A stretch of DNA of 63,958 nt, counting the filler, from Octopus bimaculoides (taxonomy: Eukaryota), in NCBI RefSeq assembly GCF_001194135.2. It is 6 parts of 5 records of this genome, joined end to end, with 100 filler letters (N's around TTAATTAATTAA, not from the genome) between each part and the next. Parts side by side here need not be neighbours in the genome. Positions count along the whole stretch, not along the records: positions 46,506 to 59,765 come from NC_068988.1; positions 59,866 to 62,835 come from NC_068989.1; positions 62,936 to 63,958 come from NC_069001.1; 3 more parts are not named here. One strand, given 5' to 3'. Under the pieces are notes generated by a model that made no database searches, had not been told where the DNA came from, and worked only from the letters and a program-made list of their open reading frames with translations. The position numbers and the translations under genes are program-made. This document shows positions 51,427-63,958 of this stretch, piece after piece (position 1 is the stretch's first letter; every line of letters starts with the position of its first letter).

Positions 51427-51767
51427 ATACAAAAATAAGAGGAATGACCAGCAAAAGTGGACTCCTACACGTGCTCCCTTTCGGGTGGACGTCTTATGTC
51501 TAGTTCTGGAAATTATATTTTTAAATCGACAGACTACGCTGATGATCCTGCAGATATTTACTTATGTAAATTTTAACAGGTGAAACCATGGTACGTAGGT
51601 TAATCGTCTTTTTTATTTAGTATTTTTTCATTTGTCTTGCCCATTTACAGTCTGTTGTGTCGCTAATTTTTTTACTGAGAACATATTTGTTCGTGGTTAG
51701 ATGATTCGGCATCTATTTCTAGCATATAGGAGTCCACTTTTGCTGGTCATTCCTCTTATTTTTGTAT
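51427..51767. mobile_element. Element bounded by a 41-bp perfect inverted repeat enclosing a hammerhead
   Basis: 51427-51467 (atacaaaaataagaggaatgaccagcaaaagtggactccta) is the exact reverse complement of 51727-51767. Confidence 0.75.
51534..51598 (+). ncRNA. Type I hammerhead ribozyme motif, canonical core
   Basis: Stem I CTACG/CGTAG; core CTGATGA; stem II CCTG/CAGG with inner ATTTAC/GTAAAT; GAAA; palindromic stem III ACCATGGT; cleavage triplet GUA at 51591-51593. Confidence 0.85.
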
Positions 51768-53463
51768 ATATATATATATATGTTATATACACATACATAT
51801 ATAAATGTACGGTGTATACTAACTTTGTTCCCTCATGGGGGTGGGGGAACATTTGCTTTTGGAAACTCGAGGTAAGGCGTAAGATAAAATACGTTAAGAA
51901 ACACAACAACAGCAAGACCAACATGAACTCTACCAACTATAATAAAATCTGCAGGAACCGTAAGAGCAACAGCAACAGTAACAACAACAACAATAGTAAT
52001 TACAACAAGAACTTTATGAGCAACAACAACGAGATCAATAGCAGTCATAGCAGCAGCAGCAGCAGCAGCAGCAGAAAAACTAAATAAGAGCTGAAAAGTT
52101 AGCAACGTCAATTGCAAGAACAACAAATGCAGTGGACCAAAACAGCAAGGACAAACAACAACAACAAAATCAACAACAACAACAACACCAACAAAAGCAG
52201 CAACAACACAAAGAAAGGAATAAACAAGATGGCGAAAAGAAAGAAAAATTGACGACTAAAACAAACGAAAATTAAAAGGAGAAAGAGAAAAAAAAGCAAT
52301 AATAGTCACAAAGAAAGCAATCATTTCTTCATAACGAATGATGAGGGGGCGGATGACTTACCTAGGGACTCCATTTGCACAGAAAACTTTTTAATATTAG
52401 CCCTTGTGGTAATGTTTTATGTTTTTCTTTAAAATCTTTCATCGTATGCGAAAATTTCAATTTTAATTAATTAATTTTAAAGGTTATGTTCCATATATTT
52501 AATAATCATTATTTGTATGAGACAGAAATCTCATTTCCTTATCTTTATAAAAATCGGACACCTAGATGAAATAGAAGGAATAAGAAAGAAAAGAAAATAT
52601 CAGGACGTCCATAAAAGACTGGTAGCAGACGTTCTAACTTTAATAATGGAATCCTCAATTAATTGTAATAATGGAACACTCAGTTAGCACGTGTGTAAAG
52701 AAGAAGCAAAAAAAAGCCCCTAACAAAATGTAAAAATGACGGTGTCAGACGAATGTCGGCAAAATTAATTGCGATTTCTGAATAAATTAACCTGGTTTGA
52801 GATTTCGGAGTCACCGCCCCTGCCTCTCTTCATCAGCTTTTCAAGTTGTCACCTCTACCAGCTTTGATAGAATTTAAGCATTGAGCAAATATTTCCATTC
52901 TGTCAAATGCAAGGGAAGCAAATTGGTTAATCGAAGATTACTAGCTATTATTAGTTCGTAAAGGCATCCTAGATCGCATCCGGAGAAAGCGCCACTATGC
53001 TGTTTTTCACGAAGTCACTCACAAACGTACTCCAGCTTCTGGCTCACACACCTGTTATCTTCACTCTTTCTCTCTCTCTTTGTTTCTGTCTCTCTCTCTC
53101 TCTTTTTTTTTCTCTCTTTCTCTCTTTCTATCACTTCTACAATTGCCTCAGCTCTTCAGAACTGAGTGATCTTTATGCAAACTTCATTCAAATTTTCTCG
53201 ACTTAGTTGTCTCCCCTGCTCTCATCGACCATTTTGTAACTGCCTCTAAGCCTTACACTAACCAGTACACACTCTCCTTCCTCTCCCAAAACGTCTCTCT
53301 TCGGTAATCCCTTGGCCACAGCACACCTCGTTCTTGTAGTTGCTGAATTGCAACAATTTATGCGAAACGTTCAAAAGTTCAAATGATACCTCAATTGCTC
53401 AGATTTCAGAGGGGAATGAGAAGGGCACACATATTATCCTTCTTCCTTTCCTCCAAATATAAG

Positions 53464-53591
<128 letters not shown>

Positions 53592-55316
53592 TATCATTCG
53601 CCATGATAGATCGCGAACCACTACACACATTTTTTTCTCGGCTTGTTTCTCTCCTTGCTTCTTTCTGTGTTCCTTTCTGTGGAAGAGCGTAGGCTCGAAA
53701 CGTTAAAGACTTTTTCAATTCCCAAGCGTTATACTAATACATCTGTTTGTTCTTCAAATGGAAAACAAATATGGTTTAGTGGTTGAGAAGATTATTTTGC
53801 AACAATACGACCACGGATTCAATTCTACTGCGTAGCATTTTGGGAAGGTGCCTTTATTATATTATCGAATAAACCAAAACTTAATGGGTGAATTTGGGAC
53901 AGTCAGAATTATGTAGAAGCCCGTCGAATGGACTGTATCCATATTCCAAAAATCAAGCCTTATTATACAGTGTCATACTGAAAATTATGTCAATGGAATA
54001 TTTATTTGAGGATTACACTGTGATTAACACGTTCGCTTTGGAAACACTTGGTTGCGGGTTCAGTCCAATAGGACGGTATCTTGGGCAAGTGTTTTCTACT
54101 ATAGCTCCGGACCGACCAATGACTTGCGAGTGAATTTGGTAGATGGAAACTGTGTGAAAGCCCAGCGTGCTAGCGATTCTACCAGCTCGCCTCTTTCGTA
54201 GTCTTAGTAATATCCCGTACTACATTATCCTATGTATTCTTTCTATTTTAAAAACATTATTGTTGTGTAATTTGAGGGAATTTTAGCGGTTATTTCTAGC
54301 GTGTCGAGTGATCACGTAAAGGTTTGTCACGTCTTTGATTGATTATTTAGTGTTTTACGTCTGGAAAGTTCCATCTGCTGCAGAACAATTGTGATAATCC
54401 GCATATGTCTTTACTTCTTTACATTTTGCTAAAATGGCGGTCATTTGTTTTCTTTTTAATGTTTTGGCTGATCTTTTATTGTCTTCTGTCTTTGTATTTT
54501 TATTTCTTTCAGAGATATCTTCTTCGTACTTTCCTTTTCCCTCACCATCACCATCACCGCCACCGCCACTAACACCATTATCACTATCATCAAGACTATC
54601 GTCAACATTATCACAGCATCACTATCACTATTATCACCGCCGCCAACACCAACACCAAACATTGCTGCTACCATTACTACATCACTATCATCGTCACCAC
54701 CACCGTCGCCATAACAACCATTATGTTATGTCTACCATTGTCAGCTCCATCACTATGAACAGCAATACCACCATCATCACCACCACCACCACCACCACCA
54801 CCACCACCACCACNNNNNNNNNNNNNNNNNNNNNNNNNNNNNNNNNNNNNNNNNNNNNNNNNNNNNNNNNNNNNNNNNNNNNNNNNNNNNNNNNNNNNNN
54901 NNNNNNNNNNNNNNNNNNNNNNNNNNNNNNNNNNNNNNNNNNNNNNNNNNNNNNNNNNNNNNNNNNNNNNNNNNNNNNNNNNNNNNNNNNNNNNNNNNNN
55001 NNNNNNNNNNNNNNNNNNNNNNNNNNNNNNNNNNNNNNNNNNNNNNNNNNNNNNNNNNNNNNNNNNNNNNNNNNNNNNNNNNNNNNNNNNNNNNNNNNNN
55101 NNNNNNNNNNNNNNNNNNNNNNNNNNNNNNNNNNNNNNNNNNNNNNNNNNNNNNNNNNNNNNNNNNNNNNNNNNNNNNNNNNNNNNNNNNNNNNNNNNNN
55201 NNNNNNNNNNNNNNNNCTCAACATATCCAATCAGCTCAGTTATGAAATATCTAAAACGTCTAAAAATATTTGTCTTTCAAGTTCAAATAAATTTCCTTTC
55301 ATTTCAAAATGGAGGA

Positions 55317-55351
<35 letters not shown>

Positions 55352-56779
55352 AAAACAAACAACCAACAAAAAAAGTTGACAAAAAAATGAAAAAGGAAAA
55401 AAATGAGAGTAAAGAAAAATGAAAATATTTTCGTTCTCTTCTTTTTCTTCTTTTGTCTGTTGGACATCCGCAATTATTTCTTGAGTTCTTAAGTTCTTTA
55501 ATTCCCGTGTTCTTTATTTCATTAGTTGCGGAGTTCTTCAGAATGTTTTAAACCATTCTATTTCTTCAGGTAATAAACAGTATCAGAACTGAGTTCCAAC
55601 AGAGAAGATTGGAGGTTTACAATCTTTTATCATTCGTTATAACGAGCATTTGGCCGAACGTTTAGGAAGTTCGCTTCTCAATCCGATTGCAAGATTTCCC
55701 CGTTCTGTTCCTTACAAAAGTATCTTCCATCAAAGATTCGGGATGACCGAAGCCCATGTTACATAAGCTCAATTATACAATGAAATTGGAAAGACAGAAA
55801 CTGTGTAGAAGTCCACTAGGGGCGTTCTGTACCTATAATTCCAAGGTCAGTTTTATCACAAGCAATGTCTCACTGATTCTGTTTGTAGATTATATGGTGA
55901 GGACTACATATGCTTGTTGAATACGCCACAAAAAAAAAAAAGTGACCGTGAATATTATTCTCTTAAGCAGACTGTGCGATGGAAGGAGAAAGAAAAAGGA
56001 CTGAAAAATAGTAAGTAGAAATAGAACGGCAATAAAAACAGCAACAGACTTACTAAAATCTTCAGTTAGTAAAAAAATTCTGCTTTGCAATATATAAAAT
56101 GCAGATCCATTTACCACTCGAAGTTACATCTTTTTGAGTTTAGACGTGTAAATTATTTTACTAAACTTTCAGTCTATAACGAGTCAACTCTGCTGTAAAT
56201 ACAGTATTTTTTACTTAAATAATTGTTGGTATACAAGGATCATAAAATTTTTATCCACAGAAACTTATCATTTGCCACTTTGTTAACGTATGAGGAGGTT
56301 TTGACTAAGATATTTCACTGAAATGTTACGTTAATGCTGTGGATAAAATTATCATGAAAACTTTCCTTTTGACATTCGTCGTCTGCCATAAACACACACA
56401 TAATGATGAAAAAAGAACCTAGACTAGAAATGTTGTTTATTGAGACGTCATCTAAATAAATATTACTTTGTAAAATTTGAAATAAAATGCTTTAAAAATA
56501 AGCGTTTTCGATAAGCACTGTTAAAAGATTATTTAGTTTTCCCAGAGAAGGGCAACTTAAGTTTCAATAATTCAACCATTAAAAAGTACCCTTTAGTATG
56601 TATTTTTCTTGCGCATTTACTCCTCCACTTAACATTGAGTTCTTTTTCTCTAGCATGTTTACATTGCTCCATATGTATATGTATGTGTTTACGTATGTGT
56701 GTATGTATGTATGTATGTATGTATGTATGTATGTATGTATGTATCTATCTGTCTGTCTGTCTGTCTGTCTTTCTGTATG

Positions 56780-56846
<67 letters not shown>

Positions 56847-57404
56847 GTGTATGTACGTTTGTATGTATCATGTATATGTATATACACAGTTGATAGGCCC
56901 GTTACTACAGGATTTGTTCTGAGATAGCATTTTTGTGGATATGCTGTTGAAAACACAGTATGTAAAAAAAGGGAGAGAGAGAAAGAGATAGAGAAAAGAG
57001 AGAGAGAGAGAGAGAAACAGACAGAGAGAGAGAGAGAGAAGGAGAGACAGCGGGAGGAGAAAAATTCGTCCCAACAGCGGCCATCGAGAGAGCCAGATGC
57101 ATTTCGGCCTTATTGCGCATTTTCAATGGCACGTACTCACATTTAGCCACATATTCAGACAAGAATTTGTTGTCCCTGACATAGGAGGAGCGAACAAAAT
57201 ATTCACTGATACTGCGTATAGCTACCAAACTGATAAAAATTCCACTGTATGCAATTGAAACGGTATTTAGTTAAAATAACCAGCTATACGTCATACTTAA
57301 CACATACACGTAATCTATAGGTCAGTGTTTATATGGTATGCAGGATGTTTATTGCGCACATAGGATATTTATATGTGTGTGTGTGCGTGTATGTGTAAGT
57401 GTGA

Positions 57405-57452
<48 letters not shown>

Positions 57453-58027
57453 CTGTAAATACACGCACACATACGTATGCATACTTATTATAGAATAATA
57501 AAACTGCGCTGTCAAAAAATGACGGCGTTTTAATAGAAATAAGTTGAATTTGGTATTTAATAAATGCTTCGACATAACATATATTCCATATGCTCGCTAT
57601 TGACTTGTATAGAAAGATTAATTAAATTTTTATTGAAAATACTTCGAAGGATTGAATCCAAAGAGAGTTAAATATGATGGAAAGTTTTATATAAGCGATT
57701 TTAATATTTTATCGCGGTTAAAGCTATAAAACCCTTTATATTTAATTGTTGAAACTTTTTCGACAGCTATTTCACGAAATCACTGATGAGTCTGCGCTGT
57801 CAAATATGACAATGGTTCACACATATTAAAAGTTAATCATATTCATGACTTGTGCCAAAAAAAAAAAAAGCACAAAGATATTGCAGAGTTTACTGTGCAT
57901 AGCTTAGTTACCATGCGTTATTCATATGTGAATAACCCATTGCCGTATAAATTTTCGTCTCAGAAAGGAGTTACTGGCTTTCTATGGTAGTTCTATCACC
58001 GATCTATGTGATAAAAATGTTATTTAA

Positions 58028-58091
<64 letters not shown>

Positions 58092-58120
58092 GTATGTATA
58101 CATATATGTATATAATAATG

Positions 58121-58181
<61 letters not shown>

Positions 58182-59640
58182 GTGCGGAATAATCTAGGTA
58201 CAGTCCCTGGCAGGGATAGAATTACAGAATAGAGACTTGATTAAATAAATTGAAACGAAAGGATACAAATACCTTGGTGTACTAGAGTTCAACGAGTTAA
58301 TGGAAAATGAAATCAAAGAGCAACTGAGGATAGAGTATTTCCGAAGACTGAGGTTGGTGTTGCGCTCATAATTGATTGGATGGAATGAAATCTAAGCAGT
58401 TAATACGTGGGTGTTAGCATCACTTCGTTATGGAGCGGGAATTATAAAATGGCAAAAGAGAGAAGTAGTGAAAATGGATATCAAGACCAGAAAAATGTTG
58501 ATAGTACACGGAGCCTTCTACCCTAAGAGTGACATCGATAGGCTGTATTTGTTCAGAAGAAAGAGTGGGAGACGTTTCATCAGTTGTCAAGACAGTATCA
58601 AAGCAGAGGAAAACAGCCTAGGGTGGTATATAAAAAATGCCGCGGAGCCACTGTTAAAACACGAAGAAGGCCGGTGTCATCAAAACTGAAAATTGTGTAA
58701 CGAAAGAAAAATTTAAACAAGAAATGAAGAAAACAAACAAACAAACTAACAAAACACACAGACATCTCACAAAAAATAAGAAAAGGCATGGAAGGAAAAG
58801 AAAATGTACGGTCAGTTTTCAAGAGAAGTAAACGCCACGACAGATACAGAGGACCGGTGGCTATGGATGAGGAAGAGTGACCTGAAGATAGAGACAGAAA
58901 CACTCATATGCGCAGCTCAGGACCAAGCGTTAAGGACCAACTATATGAAGTGCAGAATAGACAATACTTCCGATAGTGGCAAATGCAGAATGTGTGGTGA
59001 GAGCGGTGAAATGGTATAGCCTACCGTTAGCGAATGCCCGGAATTGGTACAACGCAAATATAAAAGACGCCATGACAATGTGGAAAGAATGATCCATTGG
59101 GAGCTCTGTGAAAATTACGGCCTACAAAGAGCAAAGACGTGGTATGAGAAGACCCCACAAAGAGTCACCGAAAATGAGAATTGCAAATCATGTGAGATGC
59201 AATGAACCAGTGCGACCGCCCGATCAGACATCGGAAACCGGATATTGTTGTGGTGAATAAAAAGAAAGAAAATGTATGATAATCGACATAGCATACCCAG
59301 GTAACAACAAGTTCAATGTGAAAAAAGAAGAGAAAATAAATAACTATAACGATTTGAAGTGAGAAATACGAAGGTTGTGGTCAACGAAGAGAGTAAACTT
59401 GATACCTATAGTTATTGGTGCACTTGGAAGTATCAGCACTCAACTACCAACATGGCTGAAAAAGATTGGTGCAAGTGTGAAGGTAGAACACCTAAAAAAT
59501 CAGCATTGCTTGGAACTGCAAGAATTCTTCACAGAGTTTTTTGAAGCATGACCAGTAAACAAGCGTCACCTTAGTCTGCTGGCTGTGGACAGCTGACACT
59601 TTCCATCATATCCAGCAAAATGAGCAGTGAGTTTTCATAT
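58182..59640 (+). mobile_element. 5'-truncated R4/Dong-type non-LTR retrotransposon (RT C-terminus, CCHC finger, REL nuclease)
   Basis: GYKYLGVLE, DIKTRKMLIVHGAFYPKSDIDRLY, AAQDQALRTNY..CRMCGE, RHDNV and HRKPDIVV. (AAT)n arrays lie on both sides. Confidence 0.9.
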
Positions 59641-59673
59641 AATAATAATAAATTTATAATAATAATAATAATG

Positions 59674-59760
<87 letters not shown>

Positions 59761-59955
59761 ATAGANNNNNNNNNNNNNNNNNNNNNNNNNNNNNNNNNNN
59801 NNNNNNNNNTTAATTAATTAANNNNNNNNNNNNNNNNNNNNNNNNNNNNNNNNNNNNNNNNNNNNGGATTTTGTAGACAAACACTAAACAAGTCCAGTGT
59901 GTATGTGTGTTTGTGTGCATGTGTGTGTACGTGTGTGTGTGCGTATGTGTGTGCA

Positions 59956-59986
<31 letters not shown>

Positions 59987-60059
59987 GTGCGTGTGTGTGT
60001 TTGTGTGTGTGTGCGTGTGCGTGTGTGTGTGTGTGTATTTCTTTCACTTTCTAATTTAG

Positions 60060-61330
60060 ATTAAGCTTTGACCAGCCACCGGCTTGGTAGCGAAGTTGTG
60101 AAGGAAATCTTAAGGTCTTGCAGATTATTATGGTCTCAGATATCGTGATCATTTGCAATGTATAAATTAAGGATTTGCATTCTCTCCTCAAGAACCCAGC
60201 CAAGTTCAGCCTTACTTTACTACAAGCAGGTTGGCACGAGTCCTGTTTCTCCAATAATAATAGTTACAAAGCTGAAAGTGTATCTTGCGTGTACTGTATT
60301 TGCAAACTCCTTATTAACGGCCCATAGATGTCCTCTTTCTCTTGTATTTTTCTAACCCCATTTGCGTCCAGAACACAGCTGATTTTATTAAGAGAACATA
60401 TTTTTCCATTGTGGCCCAACACAATAACATCTGGCCGGTTGTGTTTTAATTTGGTGGCTGATTTAATTTTTAAGTTCCACCAATATTCTTTTGATCCATC
60501 GGTCTCAATATAGTCAACTTCGTCTGTAGGTGTTTTATCATTTTGTTTTCCTGTTCCAAACTGTTCTGGCCACTACATCATGTCCCATGGGAAGGGAATA
60601 TCTGGAAGCCATTCTCTTGCAGTTGGCAATAATGTGGTTGTCTTCAGTATTGGTCTTGTACAGCGTGTATCTGTTGTCTGTTAGCGTTTTCTTCTTTTTA
60701 TACCGTAGGTATTTGGTGAGATCTTTTGTTTTTGAATTGCATGGAGGTAATCTTCGAAGTGGGATTTCATAAACTTGTCGGTACGCCATGATTTTAACAT
60801 GATCAATCCCTTCTATGGTTTGTGATTTTCATATCAAATATCAGTGAACTGGTTCATTCTTTATATTTTGTTCCTCTGATAGATTTTACCAATGCTTGTT
60901 GAGAGAGATCTTTATCAATTCTTATTTCATGCCTCTCCTGAAGTTCATTATCTATCCTAATTATGTTGTTAATTTCATAGCCACAAACTTGATCTCTTTC
61001 CCCTACTGTAGATATTGTTTCAGTGCCACAATACGTGTTTCATAAGACATCACTACAGATTTAAGACCACAACCACCATCTTTGCATGGGCAGTATAGCC
61101 TATCTACATCTCTGAATTCATCATTTGTTGCCCATACAGTTCTCCAGTGGCCCTTAACCTGAGCTTTTGTACGGGTGTCTTTTACAGAGATTGGTCTTCC
61201 GCATTGAAACTGCTGCAAACTGACGTGGGATCTTTGACAAATAATTTTATTGAGCATTTGCCGTTTATATGCTGTGCATTTATATTTTAGTTTTTCAGCT
61301 GTTCTGTCTGACAAACGAAGGTATGGAAAA
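60060..61330 (-). mobile_element. Second, divergent R4/Dong-type LINE fragment
   Basis: DVDRLYCPCKDGGCGLKSV, HIIANCKRMASRY..HDVVARTVWN and EYWWNLKIKSATKLKHNRPDVIV on the - strand, with stops and frameshifts. Confidence 0.8.
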
Positions 61331-62289
61331 GTAAATGTGAAAATGAATTTTATGATGATGATGATGATGATTTTCAAATTGTGAAACTTTTTTGCCTTTT
61401 CACTAAATTTTCCCTTTTGTATACACTTAACTCTTAGTTTACCTAGTTATAAAAGAGTTCAGTTAGCTACTGCAAACAAAGAGGAGGAGGAGGAGGAGGA
61501 GGAGGAGGNNNNNNNNNNNNNNNNNNNNNNNNNNNNNNNNNNNNNNNNNNNNNNNNNNNNNNNNNNNNNNNNNNNNNNNNNNNNNNNNNNNNNNNNNNNN
61601 NNNNNNNNNNNNNNNNNNNNNNNNNNNNNNNNNNNNNNNNNNNNNNNNNNNNNNNNNNNNNNNNNNNNNNNNNNNNNNNNNNNNNNNNNNNNNNNNNNNN
61701 NNNNNNNNNNNNNNNNNNNNNNNNNNNNNNNNNNNNNNNNNNNNNNNNNNNNNNNNNNNNNNNNNNNNNNNNNNNNNNNNNNNNNNNNNNNNNNNNNNNN
61801 NNNNNNNNNNNNNNNNNNNNNNNNNNNNNNNNNNNNNNNNNNNNNNNNNNNNNNNNNNNNNNNNNNNNNNNNNNNNNNNNNNNNNNNNNNNNNNNNNNNN
61901 NNNNNNNNNNNNNNNNNNNNNNNNNNNNNNNNNNNNNNNNNNNNNNNNNNNNNNNNNNNNNNNNNNNNNNNNNNNNNNNNNNNNNNNNNNNNNNNNNNNN
62001 NNNNNNNNNNNNNNNNNNNNNNNNNNNNNNNNNNNNNNNNNNNNNNNNNNNNNNNNNNNNNNNNNNNNNNNNNNNNNNNNNNNNNNNNNNNNNNNNNNNN
62101 NNNGGAAATAATTCAAGATAACTTTTCGCTGGTGTGCCATTCAAAAAGTCTCGCAGACCGCAACTTGCCCATTACTAGTCTAGGACATTGGTAATGCATG
62201 TGTGTGTGCGTGTATTTGTGTGTGTGTGTGTGTTTTCAGATGATAGCGATGTGATCTAGGCAGGATTTGGCAGCTATGTCTAGAAGTCT

Positions 62290-62548
62290 AGCAATTTGCA
62301 ACCACTTTTTAGCAATGGACCCCTTTGATTATTATTTTACTCAGGTGGACCCCATAACCATTCGATGATTTTTAAAAAATCCTTTTATGCTTTTATAATT
62401 AAATATTATTAGGAATTGTATAAAAAATTGTTAAAATATTTTGTGCGTTGTAGAAGTATAACCAATTTATTGCACATACAATTTTACCACCAAAATCTTA
62501 TATGGATCCCCTAGTGTCATCTGGACCCCAGTTGAGAATCACAGGCTA
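62290..62548. mobile_element. Degenerate hAT-type MITE
   Basis: Right end is the reverse complement of CTGTGATTCTCAACTGGGGTCC. Left end reads caaccactttttagcaatggacccc. Confidence 0.45.
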
Positions 62549-62943
62549 AGAGTCTTCCCCTTTGGCTCGTAATGTCTTGTTATACTTGTAGGTCAGAACA
62601 TCGTAACCGACCATATCACAAACTACCCAACATCTATGGAAAGTATATGGACCCTTGGAACCACAGAGAATAACATCAACAAATTTGAGATCAGAGATTA
62701 GGAAAGATTTACAACACAGCTGAGGTATTCAAATTTAGATGATTCTTGTTTGCACTGACTACACAAGTATCCGCCTCCCACCCGACTTCATTTTCCGTAT
62801 ACGATTACAACGGAATTTGTTTTCATAATTTTTTTNNNNNNNNNNNNNNNNNNNNNNNNNNNNNNNNNNNNNNNNNNNNTTAATTAATTAANNNNNNNNN
62901 NNNNNNNNNNNNNNNNNNNNNNNNNNNNNNNNNNNATATATAT

Positions 62944-63145
62944 AATTGCAGCGTGGAAGGTGTTTATAAGCCATTTAAGAAACACAGAAAAACCATTAGA
63001 TTCACTTCAACATTTAAATATAGTTTGCCAAAATATTTTCGGCACTTTGAGACCACGACCTGTTCACTGACAAAATTCTGTGCTGCATCATAACGGTTTT
63101 TGTATGTTTCTTAAATGGCTTACAAACACCTTCCACACTGCAATT
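62944..63145. mobile_element. ~200-bp element with ~51-bp imperfect inverted repeats enclosing a hammerhead-like motif
   Basis: 62944-62994 pairs with 63095-63145. Confidence 0.75.
63024..63074 (-). ncRNA. Hammerhead-like motif with G3-C8 core (GUGAACA)
   Basis: Stem I TTTGTCA/TGGCAAA; core GTGAACA; weak 3-bp stem II; GAAA; palindromic AATATT; then U. Confidence 0.5.
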
Positions 63146-63423
63146 GTTTTCGTTCCAGCACACAATCTCAGATCAGGTCGCTTGCTATGCAAGTACATCT
63201 CCGTAACTATATACATATATAAAACGAAGGCTGGAATAATCCCATAAACTCCAGTCTTTGTACATATTTACTCAGCAACTAAGATACTTGACCAGGACTT
63301 TCAATTCGCCTTTTATGCATGATTTTTCTCTTTGAAATAAAACATCTGCAAACAAACAAGTGACAGCTGGAATATGCAGATGTGTTTTATGAGGACAAAG
63401 CTTAAGATTATAATCTCATACGC

Positions 63424-63461
<38 letters not shown>

Positions 63462-63878
63462 GTATGTATGTATATATATTAGTTGTTTCAGTCATTTGAC
63501 TGCAGCCATGCTGGAGCACCACCTTGAAGGGTTTTAGTCGAACAAGTCAACCCCAGATCCGTGGGGTCACTGATTGTCTTTGGAAGAGACGATATGAGAG
63601 AGTTAACTAGAGGGAAATAGAATAGTTCAGTATAAGGAGTTATTTTGGAAAAGGATGGATATAGGAAATATAAAGAGAAATAAGAAAATAAAAATAAAAG
63701 TAAAAATATATGTAGGATATTACAGTGCAGTTCCATTATCCAAGGAAAGTCCTGTGTAGAATGGGTAGAAATGCTTCTTGTCCATGGTATGCAGATTCCA
63801 ATAGGAGTTCATATTTTGTTATTACAAGTGGATTGTGTGGAGACATAAATTCCATGTGCTGTTCATTCAAAGAGGCCT

Positions 63879-63931
<53 letters not shown>

Positions 63932-63958
63932 ATATATATATATATATATATATAGATA

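Noticed and set aside
52800-52842. Minus-strand CTGATGA-AGAG..CTCC-GAAA
   Set aside because: No stem I or stem III, so it is not counted as a functional motif.

Overview
Eukaryotic, AT-rich, gap-riddled draft DNA, most likely from an octopus or related cephalopod (inferred from the SINE families and TTAGGG repeats). Most listed ORFs are artefacts of microsatellites or N gaps. The window is mainly intronic or intergenic, with many tRNA-derived SINEs, one decayed RTE LINE, two R4/Dong-type LINE fragments, two mariner relics and several MITE or foldback elements. By reading splice signals I found small + strand exons of a leucine-rich-repeat gene with a CEP97-like N-terminus (25662-25691, 29751-29834, 31669-31740). 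The most striking unannotated signal is a set of type I hammerhead ribozyme motifs from at least five sequence families. Two are near-canonical (33140-33214 and 51534-51598), one has a G3-C8 swapped core (63024-63074), and several sit inside short inverted-repeat or foldback elements. Also notable are a 575-bp TIR element with an 8-bp TSD built around head-to-head telomere repeats, a ~250-bp near-perfect hairpin and a tRNA-Glu/tRNA-Gly dimer. All calls come from reading the sequence by eye; no database search or folding program was run.
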